Below, in pieces: positions 1 to 9,340 of a stretch of 64,000 bases of DNA. The notes beneath the pieces were generated by a model. That model was not told the DNA's origin. It saw only the letters and a list, made by a program, of their open reading frames with translations, and did no database searches. The position numbers were made by a program, and so were the translations under genes. This DNA is from an uncultured Gemmatimonadales bacterium (GTDB taxonomy: Bacteria > Gemmatimonadota > Gemmatimonadetes > Longimicrobiales > Gaopeijiaceae), in assembly GCA_963809895.1 (NCBI GenBank), contig CAWELD010000010.1, positions 448,001-512,000 of the forward strand, written 5' to 3'. Within the stretch, counting starts at the first letter, position 1. Each line of letters opens with the position of its first letter.

Positions 1-26
1 GACCGCTGCGCCGACGGCGCCCCGGC

Positions 27-1289
27 TCACCCGTCGGGAGCGCCCACCGTGCCCGGGTCCACACCGGCGGACCCGGGCACCGAAGCATCCAGCACGTGCC
101 CGCTGGAACGGGGCTCGGGAAGCAGGAACCATACGATGAGCCCCATCCCCAGGACCGAGACGGCTCCCACCGTCGTGTTCGTCCAGTAGCCCACGTTGGC
201 GAAGAGCGGGCCGGCCAGCGCGCTTCCCACGGCGTAGCCCAACTGGCCCAGCGCCACGGTGAGGCTCATGAGGGAGCCCCGCCGGTGATCGTCCACCAGC
301 GCCGTGAGCAGTGCCGAGAAGGGGCTGGTGCGCATGGCGATGAGCACCATGGTCATGAAGAACATGGGGTAGGCCACCCAGAACTCCTTGACCAGGATCG
401 TGGTCAGGAGCATGACCGTGGACAGGCCCACGCTGGCCAGCAGGATGATGCCTTTGCGACCGATGCGATCCGAGAGATTGCCGGCCCGCGGGCCCGTCAG
501 GACGTTCGCGATCCCCCCGACGAAGAAGAGCGTCGCGATGGCGCCGCTGGTAGCGTCCAGGGAACGCTCCAGCCAGGTGGGCAGATAGACCACGTACAGG
601 GCGATCCCCAGGTACATGAGGAAGAACGCGAACGACGCGAAGGCCACCTCGGGACGGCGCAGCATGGCCAGATAGTCCCGGAGCGCGCCGCCGGCCGTGA
701 TGCGGCCCTCGGTGCGTTTCACGTCGGGCTGAGGGATGCGGAAGAGCACCAGGAGGAAGGTCAGGGCCATGGTGAGCGCGAAGACGTAGAACGGCGCCTT
801 CACGCCCAACCGTCCGGCGATCACGATCCCCAGGGGAATGCCGATGATCTGGCCGAAGGCGGAGCCGCTCATGATCCACCCCGTGGCCCATCCCCGGCGC
901 TGGTAGGGAAAGTAGTCGCCCACGTAGGAAACGGCGGACCCGCTCAGCACACCGCCGGCCATCCCGGCCAGGATGCGTACGGCCAGGAAGGACTTGTAGC
1001 CGACCACGAAGCCGTGCAGCACCAGAGCGCCGGTCATGATGCCCGCGCCCATGAGGAGGATCCGACGTCGGCCGATCTTGTCGGAGATGGGCCCGGAGAT
1101 GATGGCGAAGACGCCCACCATGAGCGCGTAGACGGAGACCAGGGTGCCCAGCGCCGCGTCGCCGATGCTCAGCTGTTTGCCGATCTGGGGAAGGATCGGC
1201 GAGATGATCATCACCTGGCTGGCCGAGGAGAAGACCAGCAGCCAGAGGGTGAAGACGATCAGGTTGGGCGACGGATCGCGGATCTTCAC
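27..1289 (-). CDS. MFS transporter (DHA1/arabinose-efflux-like)
   Basis: 420 aa with ~12 hydrophobic segments; MFS motif A twice (GPISDKIGRR, GNLSDRIGRK). Confidence 0.9.
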   Translation of the reverse strand: MKIRDPSPNLIVFTLWLLVFSSASQVMIISPILPQIGKQLSIGDAALGTLVSVYALMVGVFAIISGPISDKIGRRRILLMGAGIMTGALVLHGFVVGYKSFLAVRILAGMAGGVLSGSAVSYVGDYFPYQRRGWATGWIMSGSAFGQIIGIPLGIVIAGRLGVKAPFYVFALTMALTFLLVLFRIPQPDVKRTEGRITAGGALRDYLAMLRRPEVAFASFAFFLMYLGIALYVVYLPTWLERSLDATSGAIATLFFVGGIANVLTGPRAGNLSDRIGRKGIILLASVGLSTVMLLTTILVKEFWVAYPMFFMTMVLIAMRTSPFSALLTALVDDHRRGSLMSLTVALGQLGYAVGSALAGPLFANVGYWTNTTVGAVSVLGMGLIVWFLLPEPRSSGHVLDASVPGSAGVDPGTVGAPDG

Positions 1290-1321
1290 AGAAGGGGGGA
1301 GGTCGGGCCGCGAGGCGCCGG

Positions 1322-2098
1322 CTACCCGTCGTCCTTGTGGACCAGCATGGCATGGCGCTGGTCGGTGGGCATGAGGACCATCTGGAAGACGTCGACGTGC
1401 TCCGGCGCGTTCAGGGCGTAGAGCACCGCATCGGCGATGTCCTCGGGCGCCAGGGGGGTGTAGCCCTGATAGACCTTCTCGGCGCGCTCCGCGTCACCGT
1501 GGAAGCGCACCTCGCTGAACTCCGTCTCCACCAGGCCCGGATCGATGGTGGACACCCGCACCTGGGTGCCCAGCAGGTCCATGTTGACCCCTTCGCTGAG
1601 CGCCAGCACCGCGAACTTGGTGGCGGCGTAGACGTTGCCCCGGGGGTAGGTCCAGCGCCCGGCCACGCTGCCGATGTTGACCACGTGCCCCCGGTCCCGC
1701 TCGACCATGGCCGGCAGGAAGGCACGGGTCACGTAGAGGAGCCCCTTCACGTTGGTGTCGATCATCTCGTCCCAATCGTCGGGGTCGCCCTCCTGCAGGG
1801 GGTCCAGGCCTCGCGCCTTGCCGGCGTTGTTCACGAGGATGTCGATGCCCTCGCCGTCGTCCTGCAACTCGTCGCGCAGGTCTTCCACGGCGGCCCGGTC
1901 GCGCACGTCCACCGTCGACGTCCGCACGCGGATCCCGTGCTCGGCGCGCAGTTCGTCCGCCAGCGCCTGCAGGCGCTCGGCTCGGCGGGCCAGGAGCACC
2001 AGATGGACGCCGTGCGAGGCGAGCGCGCGGGCGCAGGATTCTCCGATGCCGGCGGTGGCTCCGGTGACGAGGGCGGTGCGACCTGCGATGCGGTTCAT
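1322..2098 (-). CDS. NADP-dependent short-chain dehydrogenase (YdfG-like)
   Basis: TGATAGIG, LVNNAG, YAATK and PGLVETEFS motifs; start trimmed to MNRIAG. Confidence 0.9.
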   Translation of the reverse strand: MNRIAGRTALVTGATAGIGESCARALASHGVHLVLLARRAERLQALADELRAEHGIRVRTSTVDVRDRAAVEDLRDELQDDGEGIDILVNNAGKARGLDPLQEGDPDDWDEMIDTNVKGLLYVTRAFLPAMVERDRGHVVNIGSVAGRWTYPRGNVYAATKFAVLALSEGVNMDLLGTQVRVSTIDPGLVETEFSEVRFHGDAERAEKVYQGYTPLAPEDIADAVLYALNAPEHVDVFQMVLMPTDQRHAMLVHKDDG

Positions 2099-2262
2099 GG
2101 CGCCAGGGTGTGGGTGGTCGAGCGTCGACGGATCAGGAGAATAGGCCCGCGGGGGCCACGGGCCAAGCGACACGCGATGGACAGAACCGGACGCGATGCG
2201 TACCGTGGCACGAGGTCGTCCAACGTCCGAGCCCGCCCGGTCCCCGCCCTTCCAGTGGAGCC

Positions 2263-3600
2263 ATGGCCCTGAACGAGTCTCCCGCCCCGACGGACGGGGT
2301 GTCGCCATCGGACCACGAGTACGATCGCCGCGCCGTGTGGGGCTGGGCGCTCTACGATTTCGCCAACTCGGCGTACACGACGCTCATCGTCACCTTCATC
2401 TACGCGGTCTACTTCGCCCAGCAGATCGCGCCCGACGGCATCACGGGCACGGCGCTGTGGTCCCGGGGGGTGACGGTGACGGCCGTGCTCGTGGCTCTGG
2501 CCTCGCCGGTGCTCGGGGCCCTGGCCGACCGCGGCGGGTATCGCCGCCGCTTCCTGCTGGCCACGACCGCGATCACCGTGGTGTTCGTGACGCTCCTCTA
2601 CCTGCCGGGCCCCGGTGAGGTGGGGCTCGCCCTGACGTTCTTCGTGGTGAGCAACGTGGCCTTCGAGCTCAGCGGGGTGTTCTACAACTCGTACCTGCCC
2701 GAGGTGGCGCCGCCGGACCGCATCGGCCGGGTGTCGGGCTACGGGTGGTCGCTGGGCTACCTGGGAGGGCTGCTCGCCATGGCGGTGGCGCTCTTCGTCT
2801 TCATCCGGCCCGAGCATCCGCCCTTCGGCCTGTCGGCGGAGACCGGTGAGAACGTCCGCGCCACCACCGTGCTGGTGGGCGTGTGGTTCGCCGTGCTGAG
2901 TCTTCCCATGTTCCTGTGGGTGAAGGAGCCAATCGGGCGAGCGCGTGCGGCGCCGGGGCGGGTGGTGGCCGATGCGTTCCGACAGCTCGGCACGACGTTT
3001 CGCGAGATCCGCCGCTACCGCCAGATCTTCCGGCTGCTGGTGGCGCGCATGTTCTACAACGACGGCCTGGTGACCATCTTCGCCTTCGGCCCGCTCTTCG
3101 CGGCGGAGACCTTCGACTTCAGCCTCACCGAGGTCCTGTACTGGGGACTCGCGCTCAACGTCACCGCGGGTCTCGGGGCACTCCTGATGGGCTTTCTGGA
3201 CGACCGCGTGGGCGGCAAGCGCACGGTCCTGCTCACCCTGGTGGGACTGCTGATCGGCGCCACCTGGGCCGTGACCTCCACGAGCAAGTTGAGCCTGTGG
3301 CTCGCCGGTCTGTGGGTGGGGATCTTCGTGGGACCGAACCAGGCCGCCAGCCGCTCGCTCCTGGGCCGTTTCGTGCCCCGGCGCATGGAGACGGAGTTCT
3401 ACGGGTTCTTCGCCTTTTCCGGAAAGGCCATCGCCTTCATGGGGCCGTTCCTGCTGGGAATCGTGACCGAGACCTTCGGCTCCCAGCGGGCGGGAATGGC
3501 TACCATCGTCCTCTTCTTCCTCATCGGCGGAGCGCTCCTCCTGGGGGTGGACGAAGGGGAGGGGCTGCGCCGGGCGGAAGCCGAGGTGTCAGCGGCCTGA
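2263..3600 (+). CDS. MFS transporter, UMF1/Atg22-like
   Basis: WALYDFANSAY N-terminal signature, GPNQAASRSL, ~12 TM; ATG at 2263 after GGAG. Confidence 0.85.
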   Translation: MALNESPAPTDGVSPSDHEYDRRAVWGWALYDFANSAYTTLIVTFIYAVYFAQQIAPDGITGTALWSRGVTVTAVLVALASPVLGALADRGGYRRRFLLATTAITVVFVTLLYLPGPGEVGLALTFFVVSNVAFELSGVFYNSYLPEVAPPDRIGRVSGYGWSLGYLGGLLAMAVALFVFIRPEHPPFGLSAETGENVRATTVLVGVWFAVLSLPMFLWVKEPIGRARAAPGRVVADAFRQLGTTFREIRRYRQIFRLLVARMFYNDGLVTIFAFGPLFAAETFDFSLTEVLYWGLALNVTAGLGALLMGFLDDRVGGKRTVLLTLVGLLIGATWAVTSTSKLSLWLAGLWVGIFVGPNQAASRSLLGRFVPRRMETEFYGFFAFSGKAIAFMGPFLLGIVTETFGSQRAGMATIVLFFLIGGALLLGVDEGEGLRRAEAEVSAA

Positions 3601-4719
3601 ATCCCCCTGGTCCGAGCCCGAGCTCGCCGGGGATCCCTCCACGTCCTCGGGCGGCAGTCTCCATTCCCGTCCGCGGACCCAGATGGCGCCGGCCAGCGCG
3701 ACGGTGAGGGGGAGCACCACGCCCAGCACCACGAGCCCGAACTCGTCCTGGTACTCGTGGTCGGTGACGTGGAGCGCCAGGTACACGAGGTAGAGGATGT
3801 AGTAGAGGAGGAAGACCGCCCCCTCGCGGCGTGAGATGCGGGCGCCCGTCCAGAACACCGGCAGACAAGCCGCGCCCACGGCCACCATCACGGGGAGGTC
3901 GAAGGTGCGCACGCCGGCAGGCACGGGAAGGCCCGCCTTGGCCGCCACCGATGCGATACCCAGCACGGCCAGCAGGTTGAAGATGTTGCTGCCCACCACG
4001 TTGCCCACCGCCAGGTCACGCTCGCCCCGGAGGCTCGCGATGATCGAGGTGGCCATCTCGGGCAGCGAGGTGCCGGCCGCGACCAGCGTCAGGCCGATGA
4101 CCAGCTCGCTCACGCCCGCGGCGCGGGCCACCGTGGTGGCGCCGTCCACCAGGAGCGAGGCGCCGTAGACCAGTCCGGTCAGCCCGGCCACAGCCAGCAG
4201 CACCGAAAGGGGCCAGGCACCCTGCCGGGCTCCGCCATCGCTCCCGCGGTCGTCGGGGTTCTTGAGCGCGAGCCGGCCCAGGTTGGCGAGGTAGAGCGCC
4301 AGGACCGTCAGCAGGAAGATGCCCTCGCCCCTGGAGATGAGGCCGTCGAGTCCCAGGAGCAGCGGCAGAAGGGAGACGCCCACCATCACCGGTACGTCGT
4401 ACCGCACCAGCTGGCGCTTGACGGCGAGGGGGGTGATCAGGGCCGAGACGCCCAGGATGAAGAGCACGTTGAAGATGTTGCTCCCCACCACGTTGCCCAG
4501 CGCCACGTCGCCCCGCCCGCCCACCGCCGCCTCCACGCTCACGGCGACCTCCGGGGCCGACGTGCCGAAGGCCACGACCGTGAGGCCCACGACCAGCGCG
4601 GGGATCCCCAGACGCCGAGCCAGCGAGCCCGCACCGCGCACGAGGGCTTCCGCGCCGGCCGTCAGCAGGATGAGCCCGGTGACCGTCTCCAGCAGCGCGA
4701 GGAGGGTGGGGGAGGTCAT
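3589..4719 (-). CDS. Calcium/sodium:proton antiporter (CaCA, YrbG-like)
   Basis: Two alpha repeats GTSAPE and GTSLPE, each followed by GNVVGSNIFN. Confidence 0.92.
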   Translation of the reverse strand: MTSPTLLALLETVTGLILLTAGAEALVRGAGSLARRLGIPALVVGLTVVAFGTSAPEVAVSVEAAVGGRGDVALGNVVGSNIFNVLFILGVSALITPLAVKRQLVRYDVPVMVGVSLLPLLLGLDGLISRGEGIFLLTVLALYLANLGRLALKNPDDRGSDGGARQGAWPLSVLLAVAGLTGLVYGASLLVDGATTVARAAGVSELVIGLTLVAAGTSLPEMATSIIASLRGERDLAVGNVVGSNIFNLLAVLGIASVAAKAGLPVPAGVRTFDLPVMVAVGAACLPVFWTGARISRREGAVFLLYYILYLVYLALHVTDHEYQDEFGLVVLGVVLPLTVALAGAIWVRGREWRLPPEDVEGSPASSGSDQGDSGR

Positions 4720-4749
4720 GCCGGGGCGCGGTGCGCTATACTCTCATGC

Positions 4750-5619
4750 ATGCGATGGCTCGTGCGCTTCTTCGTTCGTTGGATGCCCAGGATGTGCGTC
4801 CTGGGCGTCGGACTCGCCGCGCTGGTCTGGCTCTTCCTTCCCTGGCCCCTCACGCTGCGCTGGCGCGATCCGGGCACCACGGCCCTGATGCGCTACCGCA
4901 TCCAGGAAGCCCGCCAGCGGGGCGACACGTTGGAGCTGCGCCACGAGTGGGTCCCCCTCGCCCGCATGGCGCCCACCGTGCCCCAGGCGGTGATTACCGG
5001 CGAGGACGGGCACTTCCGCAGCCACCACGGGGTGGACTGGTCCGCGCTGGGCGAGGAGCTCCACTACGACGGTACGCCTCCGTTCTCGATCCTGGATCCC
5101 GCCGACCTGGCGGCGCTGGCTCGGGCCGTACGCTACGGCGTCGAGCACCGCAGCGAGGTCAAGGGACGGAGCACCATCACCCAGCAGCTGGCCAAGAACC
5201 TCTATTTCACCCCCGAACGTAGCCTGCTGCGCAAAGTGGCGGAACTCTTCATCGCCCAGCGGCTCGAGTGGCTCCTGTCCAAGGATCGGATCCTCGAGCT
5301 GTATCTGAACACGGTGGAGCTGGGCCCGGGGATCTTCGGTGTGGAGGCGGCGGCGCAGGCGTACTTCGGCGTGCCCGCGTCGCGCCTCAGCCGGTGGCAG
5401 GCCGCGAGCCTGGCGGCGACGCTCCCGCAACCGCTGAGCTCCAATCCGGACCTGAACCCCGGGCGCATGGCGTGGCGCAGGGACCTGATCCTGCGCTACA
5501 TGAACGGAGGTGGCGAGGTCAGGATTCCCGACGCCCCACCCCCCGTGCCGACCCCGCAGCTGGACATCCCGCCACCCCCCGACACCATGCCCGAGCCCCC
5601 TGGAGGAGAAGGACCGTGA
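4750..5619 (+). CDS. mtgA: Monofunctional biosynthetic peptidoglycan transglycosylase (GT51)
   Basis: EDGHFRSHHGVD, STITQQLAKNL, RKVAE and ILELYLN motifs; single N-terminal TM; no transpeptidase domain. Confidence 0.88.
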   Translation: MRWLVRFFVRWMPRMCVLGVGLAALVWLFLPWPLTLRWRDPGTTALMRYRIQEARQRGDTLELRHEWVPLARMAPTVPQAVITGEDGHFRSHHGVDWSALGEELHYDGTPPFSILDPADLAALARAVRYGVEHRSEVKGRSTITQQLAKNLYFTPERSLLRKVAELFIAQRLEWLLSKDRILELYLNTVELGPGIFGVEAAAQAYFGVPASRLSRWQAASLAATLPQPLSSNPDLNPGRMAWRRDLILRYMNGGGEVRIPDAPPPVPTPQLDIPPPPDTMPEPPGGEGP

Positions 5620-5843
5620 GCGACGACGCGCCCAGAGACGACGACGCCGTGCCGGACGCCCGGCCCGACGAGCCCGACCGTTCGCCGCGCATCACCTTTC
5701 GCGGCAACCGCCACCGCCGCCGGTTCTACCTGCCCTGGCCGGTGCTGGCGCTGCTGGGAGGGTTGGTGGGATGGCTGGCCGGCGGGTGGCCCGGCGCGAT
5801 CTTCGGCTTCGTGGTGGGATTCCTGGCCTGGAAGCTTCGCTGA
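5616..5843 (+). CDS. Small hypothetical membrane protein (75 aa)
   Basis: GTG start overlaps the mtgA stop (GTGA) after GGAG; C-terminal hydrophobic hairpin. Confidence 0.6.
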   Translation: MSDDAPRDDDAVPDARPDEPDRSPRITFRGNRHRRRFYLPWPVLALLGGLVGWLAGGWPGAIFGFVVGFLAWKLR

Positions 5844-7075
5844 GCACCACCGGCGTCGCCGTCGTGGGCGCTGGTGCCGCGGGGCTGATGGCGGCCCGGT
5901 TCGCGGCATCCGAAGGGGCCGACACGCTCCTCCTGGAGGGCACCGAGGACGGCGGACGGAAGATCCTCATATCGGGAGGGGGCCGCTGCAACGTCCTTCC
6001 CGCCCGCTTCCAGCCCGGGCGGTTCGTCACGGGGTCGTCACCCAACCTCGTGCGTCGCCTGCTCCGGGCCTGGCCACTGGCGGAGTTGAAGCGGTACTTC
6101 GAGGAGATCCTGGGGCAGCCGCTGGCGCTGGAGGAGGAGAGCGGGAAGCTGTTTCCCACCTCGAACCGCGCGCGCGACGTACGAGACGCCCTCGTCGACG
6201 CGGCTCGCCGGGCCGGGGCGCGGCTGCGCTTCGGGGCGCGCGTGACCGACGTGCGGCCCGCCGACGGTGGCTGGCGGCTGGTGCTGTCGGAAGGCGAGGA
6301 GATCCGGGCGCGGCGTGTGATCCTGGCCACCGGCGGGCTGTCGGTTCCACGGACCGGCTCCGACGGCTTCGGCCTCGGGATCGCCCGCAAGCTGGGGCAC
6401 CGCGTCCACCCCACCTATCCGGCGCTCACGCCGCTCACGGCCGATCCGCCGGTGCACGCCGAGCTCGCCGGCGTATCCCTCGCCGTCACCGTGACGGCGC
6501 CGGGGGCGAGGCCCCGTTTCTCGACCCACGGCGGTTTCCTCTTCACCCACCGTGGATACAGCGGACCCGCAGTGCTGGATGCCTCGCACCTGGCCGTACG
6601 CTCGCGCATGGAGGGCTCGGGGCGGCAGTCGCTGCGCGTGTCCTGGGCCCCGCTGGATCGTGAGGCCTGGCAGGAGCGATTCCTCGGGAGAGTCGGAACC
6701 GTGGGCGGCGTGGTCGCGCCCGACCTGCCCACTCGGCTGGCCCGGGCGCTGGTGGCCGAGACGGGGGTGGCGTGGGAGCAGCCGTTGACGAGGCTCCGCC
6801 GCGAGGATCGAGCCCGTCTCCTGGCCGTGCTCACCGACTACGATCTGCCGTGGACCGGCGACGAGGGCTACCGGAAGGCCGAAGTGACGGGAGGCGGCGT
6901 GGCGTTGTCCGAGATCGTGCCGGGCACGCTGGAAAGTCGCCGCGCTCCCGGACTCCACCTGTGCGGAGAGATGCTCGATGCCTTCGGCCCCATCGGCGGA
7001 CACAACTTCCTGTGGGCGTGGGCCACCGGGCGCACGGCGGGCGCCGGCGCTGCGCGTGGCGTCATCGAGCGCTGA
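5840..7075 (+). CDS. HI0933/BaiN-family NAD(P)/FAD oxidoreductase
   Basis: GAGAAG, GRKILISGGGRCN, LFTHRGYSGP, AEVTGGGV and GGHN motifs; start codon uncertain (CTG at 5840). Confidence 0.88.
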   Translation: MSTTGVAVVGAGAAGLMAARFAASEGADTLLLEGTEDGGRKILISGGGRCNVLPARFQPGRFVTGSSPNLVRRLLRAWPLAELKRYFEEILGQPLALEEESGKLFPTSNRARDVRDALVDAARRAGARLRFGARVTDVRPADGGWRLVLSEGEEIRARRVILATGGLSVPRTGSDGFGLGIARKLGHRVHPTYPALTPLTADPPVHAELAGVSLAVTVTAPGARPRFSTHGGFLFTHRGYSGPAVLDASHLAVRSRMEGSGRQSLRVSWAPLDREAWQERFLGRVGTVGGVVAPDLPTRLARALVAETGVAWEQPLTRLRREDRARLLAVLTDYDLPWTGDEGYRKAEVTGGGVALSEIVPGTLESRRAPGLHLCGEMLDAFGPIGGHNFLWAWATGRTAGAGAARGVIER

Positions 7076-7164
7076 CGGCGCTCCCCCGGGAATCCTGGCG
7101 TGGCACGTGGTGACGTGCCCATGATTGCGGCTCGTCCCGTGAATTCCTGAGGAGGTGAAGCGCC

Positions 7165-7239
7165 ATGATGATCCGCGGTCGTGAGGTCACGTCGACCTGG
7201 GGTGCCCGTGTCGACGCGGCGTGGGAGCGCGTGGCATGA
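7165..7239 (+). CDS. Candidate 24-aa upstream peptide (MMIRGREVTSTWGARVDAAWERVA)
   Basis: Strong SD (GAGGAGGTGA) just upstream; stop overlaps the RidA ATG (ATGA). Confidence 0.35.
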   Translation: MMIRGREVTSTWGARVDAAWERVA

Positions 7240-7748
7240 AGGTCCTGGGTGGAGTGGGGGCGCTGGCGGCGCTGGCGGCGGGCGTCTGGGTCCTCGCCTG
7301 CGAGTCGGACCAGGCGGCACCCGGAACCGCGGAGCTCCGGGCGCCGGCCGGTAGCCAGAGTCGGCGCATCGAGGTCATCCAGCCGGAGGGCGTGGCGCGC
7401 CTGCCGGTATTCTCGTCGGCGATCCGGGCGGGGGGCTTCATCTTCCTGTCCGGGGCCATCGGCACGCTGCCGGGGACCATGGATCTGGCCGAGGGGGGAG
7501 CGGGGGCGGAGACGCGTCAGACGATGGAGAACGTCGAGACCGTGCTGGACGCCGCCGGCGCCACACTGGACGACGTGGTGAAGTGCACCGTGTTTCTGGC
7601 CGACATGGCCGACTACCAGGCCGTCAATCAGGTCTACCAGGAGTTCTTTCCGAACCGCCCGCCGGCTCGCTCGGCCGTGGCGGGCAGCGGCCTGGCCCTC
7701 GGTGCCCGGGTGGAGATCGAATGTCTCGCGCTGGCGCCCGAGGGTTGA
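7236..7748 (+). CDS. RidA/YjgF family protein with predicted lipoprotein signal
   Basis: FLSGAIG, VVKCTVFL, PPARS and RVEIEC motifs; N-terminal hydrophobic stretch ending VLAC. Confidence 0.85.
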   Translation: MKVLGGVGALAALAAGVWVLACESDQAAPGTAELRAPAGSQSRRIEVIQPEGVARLPVFSSAIRAGGFIFLSGAIGTLPGTMDLAEGGAGAETRQTMENVETVLDAAGATLDDVVKCTVFLADMADYQAVNQVYQEFFPNRPPARSAVAGSGLALGARVEIECLALAPEG

Positions 7749-7866
7749 CCACCCCCGGGTGGGGAGCCGCCGTAATCATTTCACCGGCTCGTTCGTCTAA
7801 TAGACAGACGACGGCGTCGGAGGTGTCGACGCCACCGGCATGCGCCGGGGGTCGGTCAGACGGTGC

Positions 7867-7889
7867 GTGTGGTGTGGTGTGGTGTGGTG
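7867..7889. repeat. (GTGTG)4.6 simple sequence repeat
   Basis: gtgtggtgtggtgtggtgtggtg, intergenic. Confidence 0.7.
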
Positions 7890-8024
7890 AATGCGGTGCG
7901 GTGATGCCGTGCTCGACAGGCCCCCGGCCATCCGCCCGGGACGGCGGCGGGAGGTTAGCTCCTCGCCGCCGTTCCTCCTATCTTGGGGCAGGGTGGGTGG
8001 ATCGTTCGGGGGGAGGATGATGCG

Positions 8025-9086
8025 ATGATGCGCCGTTGTCTTTTCTGCCATAAGCCGTTTCCCGAGAACGGCGTCTTCCAGCACATGCCACTGTCCCGGC
8101 GGATCGCCTTCGATCCGGTGCGGGGCCGTCTGTGGGCGGTGTGCGGGCGCTGTTATCGGTGGACGCTGGTACCCATGGAGGATCGGGACGCGGCGCTCTA
8201 CGAGATGGAGCGGGCGGTCCACGACCGGGCGGTGCCGGTTGCCCACACCGCCCACGTTGCTCTCCTTCGCCTCGAGCAGGTTCTCCTGATCCGGGTGGCG
8301 GATGCGGGGCTGGCCGAGCAGGCGTGGTGGCGCTACGGCCGGGAGCTGCGGCGCCGACGGAGCGCCTTCGACAGCGCGGGATCGCGCCTCACCGCCTACA
8401 CGTACGGCGCCCTGGCCTTCGTGGGCGAGATCATGGGGCTCGGCGACCCCGAGGTCCCCATCGACTGGGACGACACCCCGGTGCAGGACATCCTGCGCTG
8501 GCGCCGCTTCGGATGGGCTGCGTGGCACGGGCGGGTGACGTGCCCCTACTGCAACTCCACCCTCACCGCCCTGCGCTACGACCTGTCCTGGTGGGTCTAC
8601 CCTCTGCAGGGTCGGGACGGGCGACTGGCGGTGGGGGTACCGTGCCCGCGCTGCGATCCCTGGACCCCCGCCAACGTCTACCGCATCGAGGGTGATCAGG
8701 CGGAGAACGTGCTGCGCCGGTGCCTGGCCTACCAGAACATCTCGGGAGCCAGCGAAGGGTTGATCCGTGACGCCGCCCGCGTCATCGAGGACGCCGGCTC
8801 CGTGGGCGAGTTCGCGCTGGAGGCCACCACACGGCGCCAGTGCCTGTGGAAGATGGGCCCTTCGGGCGCCGTGGCGCTGGAGATCGCGTTGAGCGAGTCC
8901 GTGGAGCAGCGGATGCTGGATCTGGAGATGCGGGCCATCGAGTTCCTGTGGAAGCAGGAGGAAGAGCTCGCCCGGATCATCGACGAGGAGCTCACGCCGC
9001 GGCGGATCCTCGAAGCGCACCTCCGGCGCCTGCCCATTCGGCTGGGCAGTCGCCGCACGCCGCACATCCTGGCCGACCCCGGCTGA
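8025..9086 (+). CDS. Hypothetical protein with four CxxC pairs (two putative zinc ribbons)
   Basis: CLFC, CGRC, CPYC and CPRC; GGAGG upstream; GC-rich third codon positions. Confidence 0.75.
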   Translation: MMRRCLFCHKPFPENGVFQHMPLSRRIAFDPVRGRLWAVCGRCYRWTLVPMEDRDAALYEMERAVHDRAVPVAHTAHVALLRLEQVLLIRVADAGLAEQAWWRYGRELRRRRSAFDSAGSRLTAYTYGALAFVGEIMGLGDPEVPIDWDDTPVQDILRWRRFGWAAWHGRVTCPYCNSTLTALRYDLSWWVYPLQGRDGRLAVGVPCPRCDPWTPANVYRIEGDQAENVLRRCLAYQNISGASEGLIRDAARVIEDAGSVGEFALEATTRRQCLWKMGPSGAVALEIALSESVEQRMLDLEMRAIEFLWKQEEELARIIDEELTPRRILEAHLRRLPIRLGSRRTPHILADPG

Positions 9087-9198
9087 GGGTTGCCGCGGCC
9101 GCCACGCGGGTGGCGGAATGGGCATGGCACGGGCGATTTGCAAGATAAATTCAAGCGCTCGAAGGGGGATCCCAGGGTCATCCGTGGGGTCCCTGATG

Positions 9199-9214
9199 GG
9201 GCACGGAGTTTGCA
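9199..9214 (+). promoter_or_regulatory. Candidate sigma-54 (-24/-12) promoter
   Basis: GGGCACGGAGTTTGCA with exact GG-N10-GC spacing; one mismatch to TGGCACG-N4-TTGCW. Confidence 0.4.
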
Positions 9215-9340
9215 GCGGTCTTCCCCTCGGCATTGCCGCAGGCCGACGTCCGGGCGTCACGCGTCCGTGCGTCCATGCTGCGACAATGCCGTCCTGTCGC
9301 CATGTTCCGAGACATTTCCGGGTCCATCTGGAGGCCTTTC

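Noticed and set aside
7867..7889. Phase-variable promoter repeat
   Set aside because: Only ~4.6 units and no identifiable promoter overlap.
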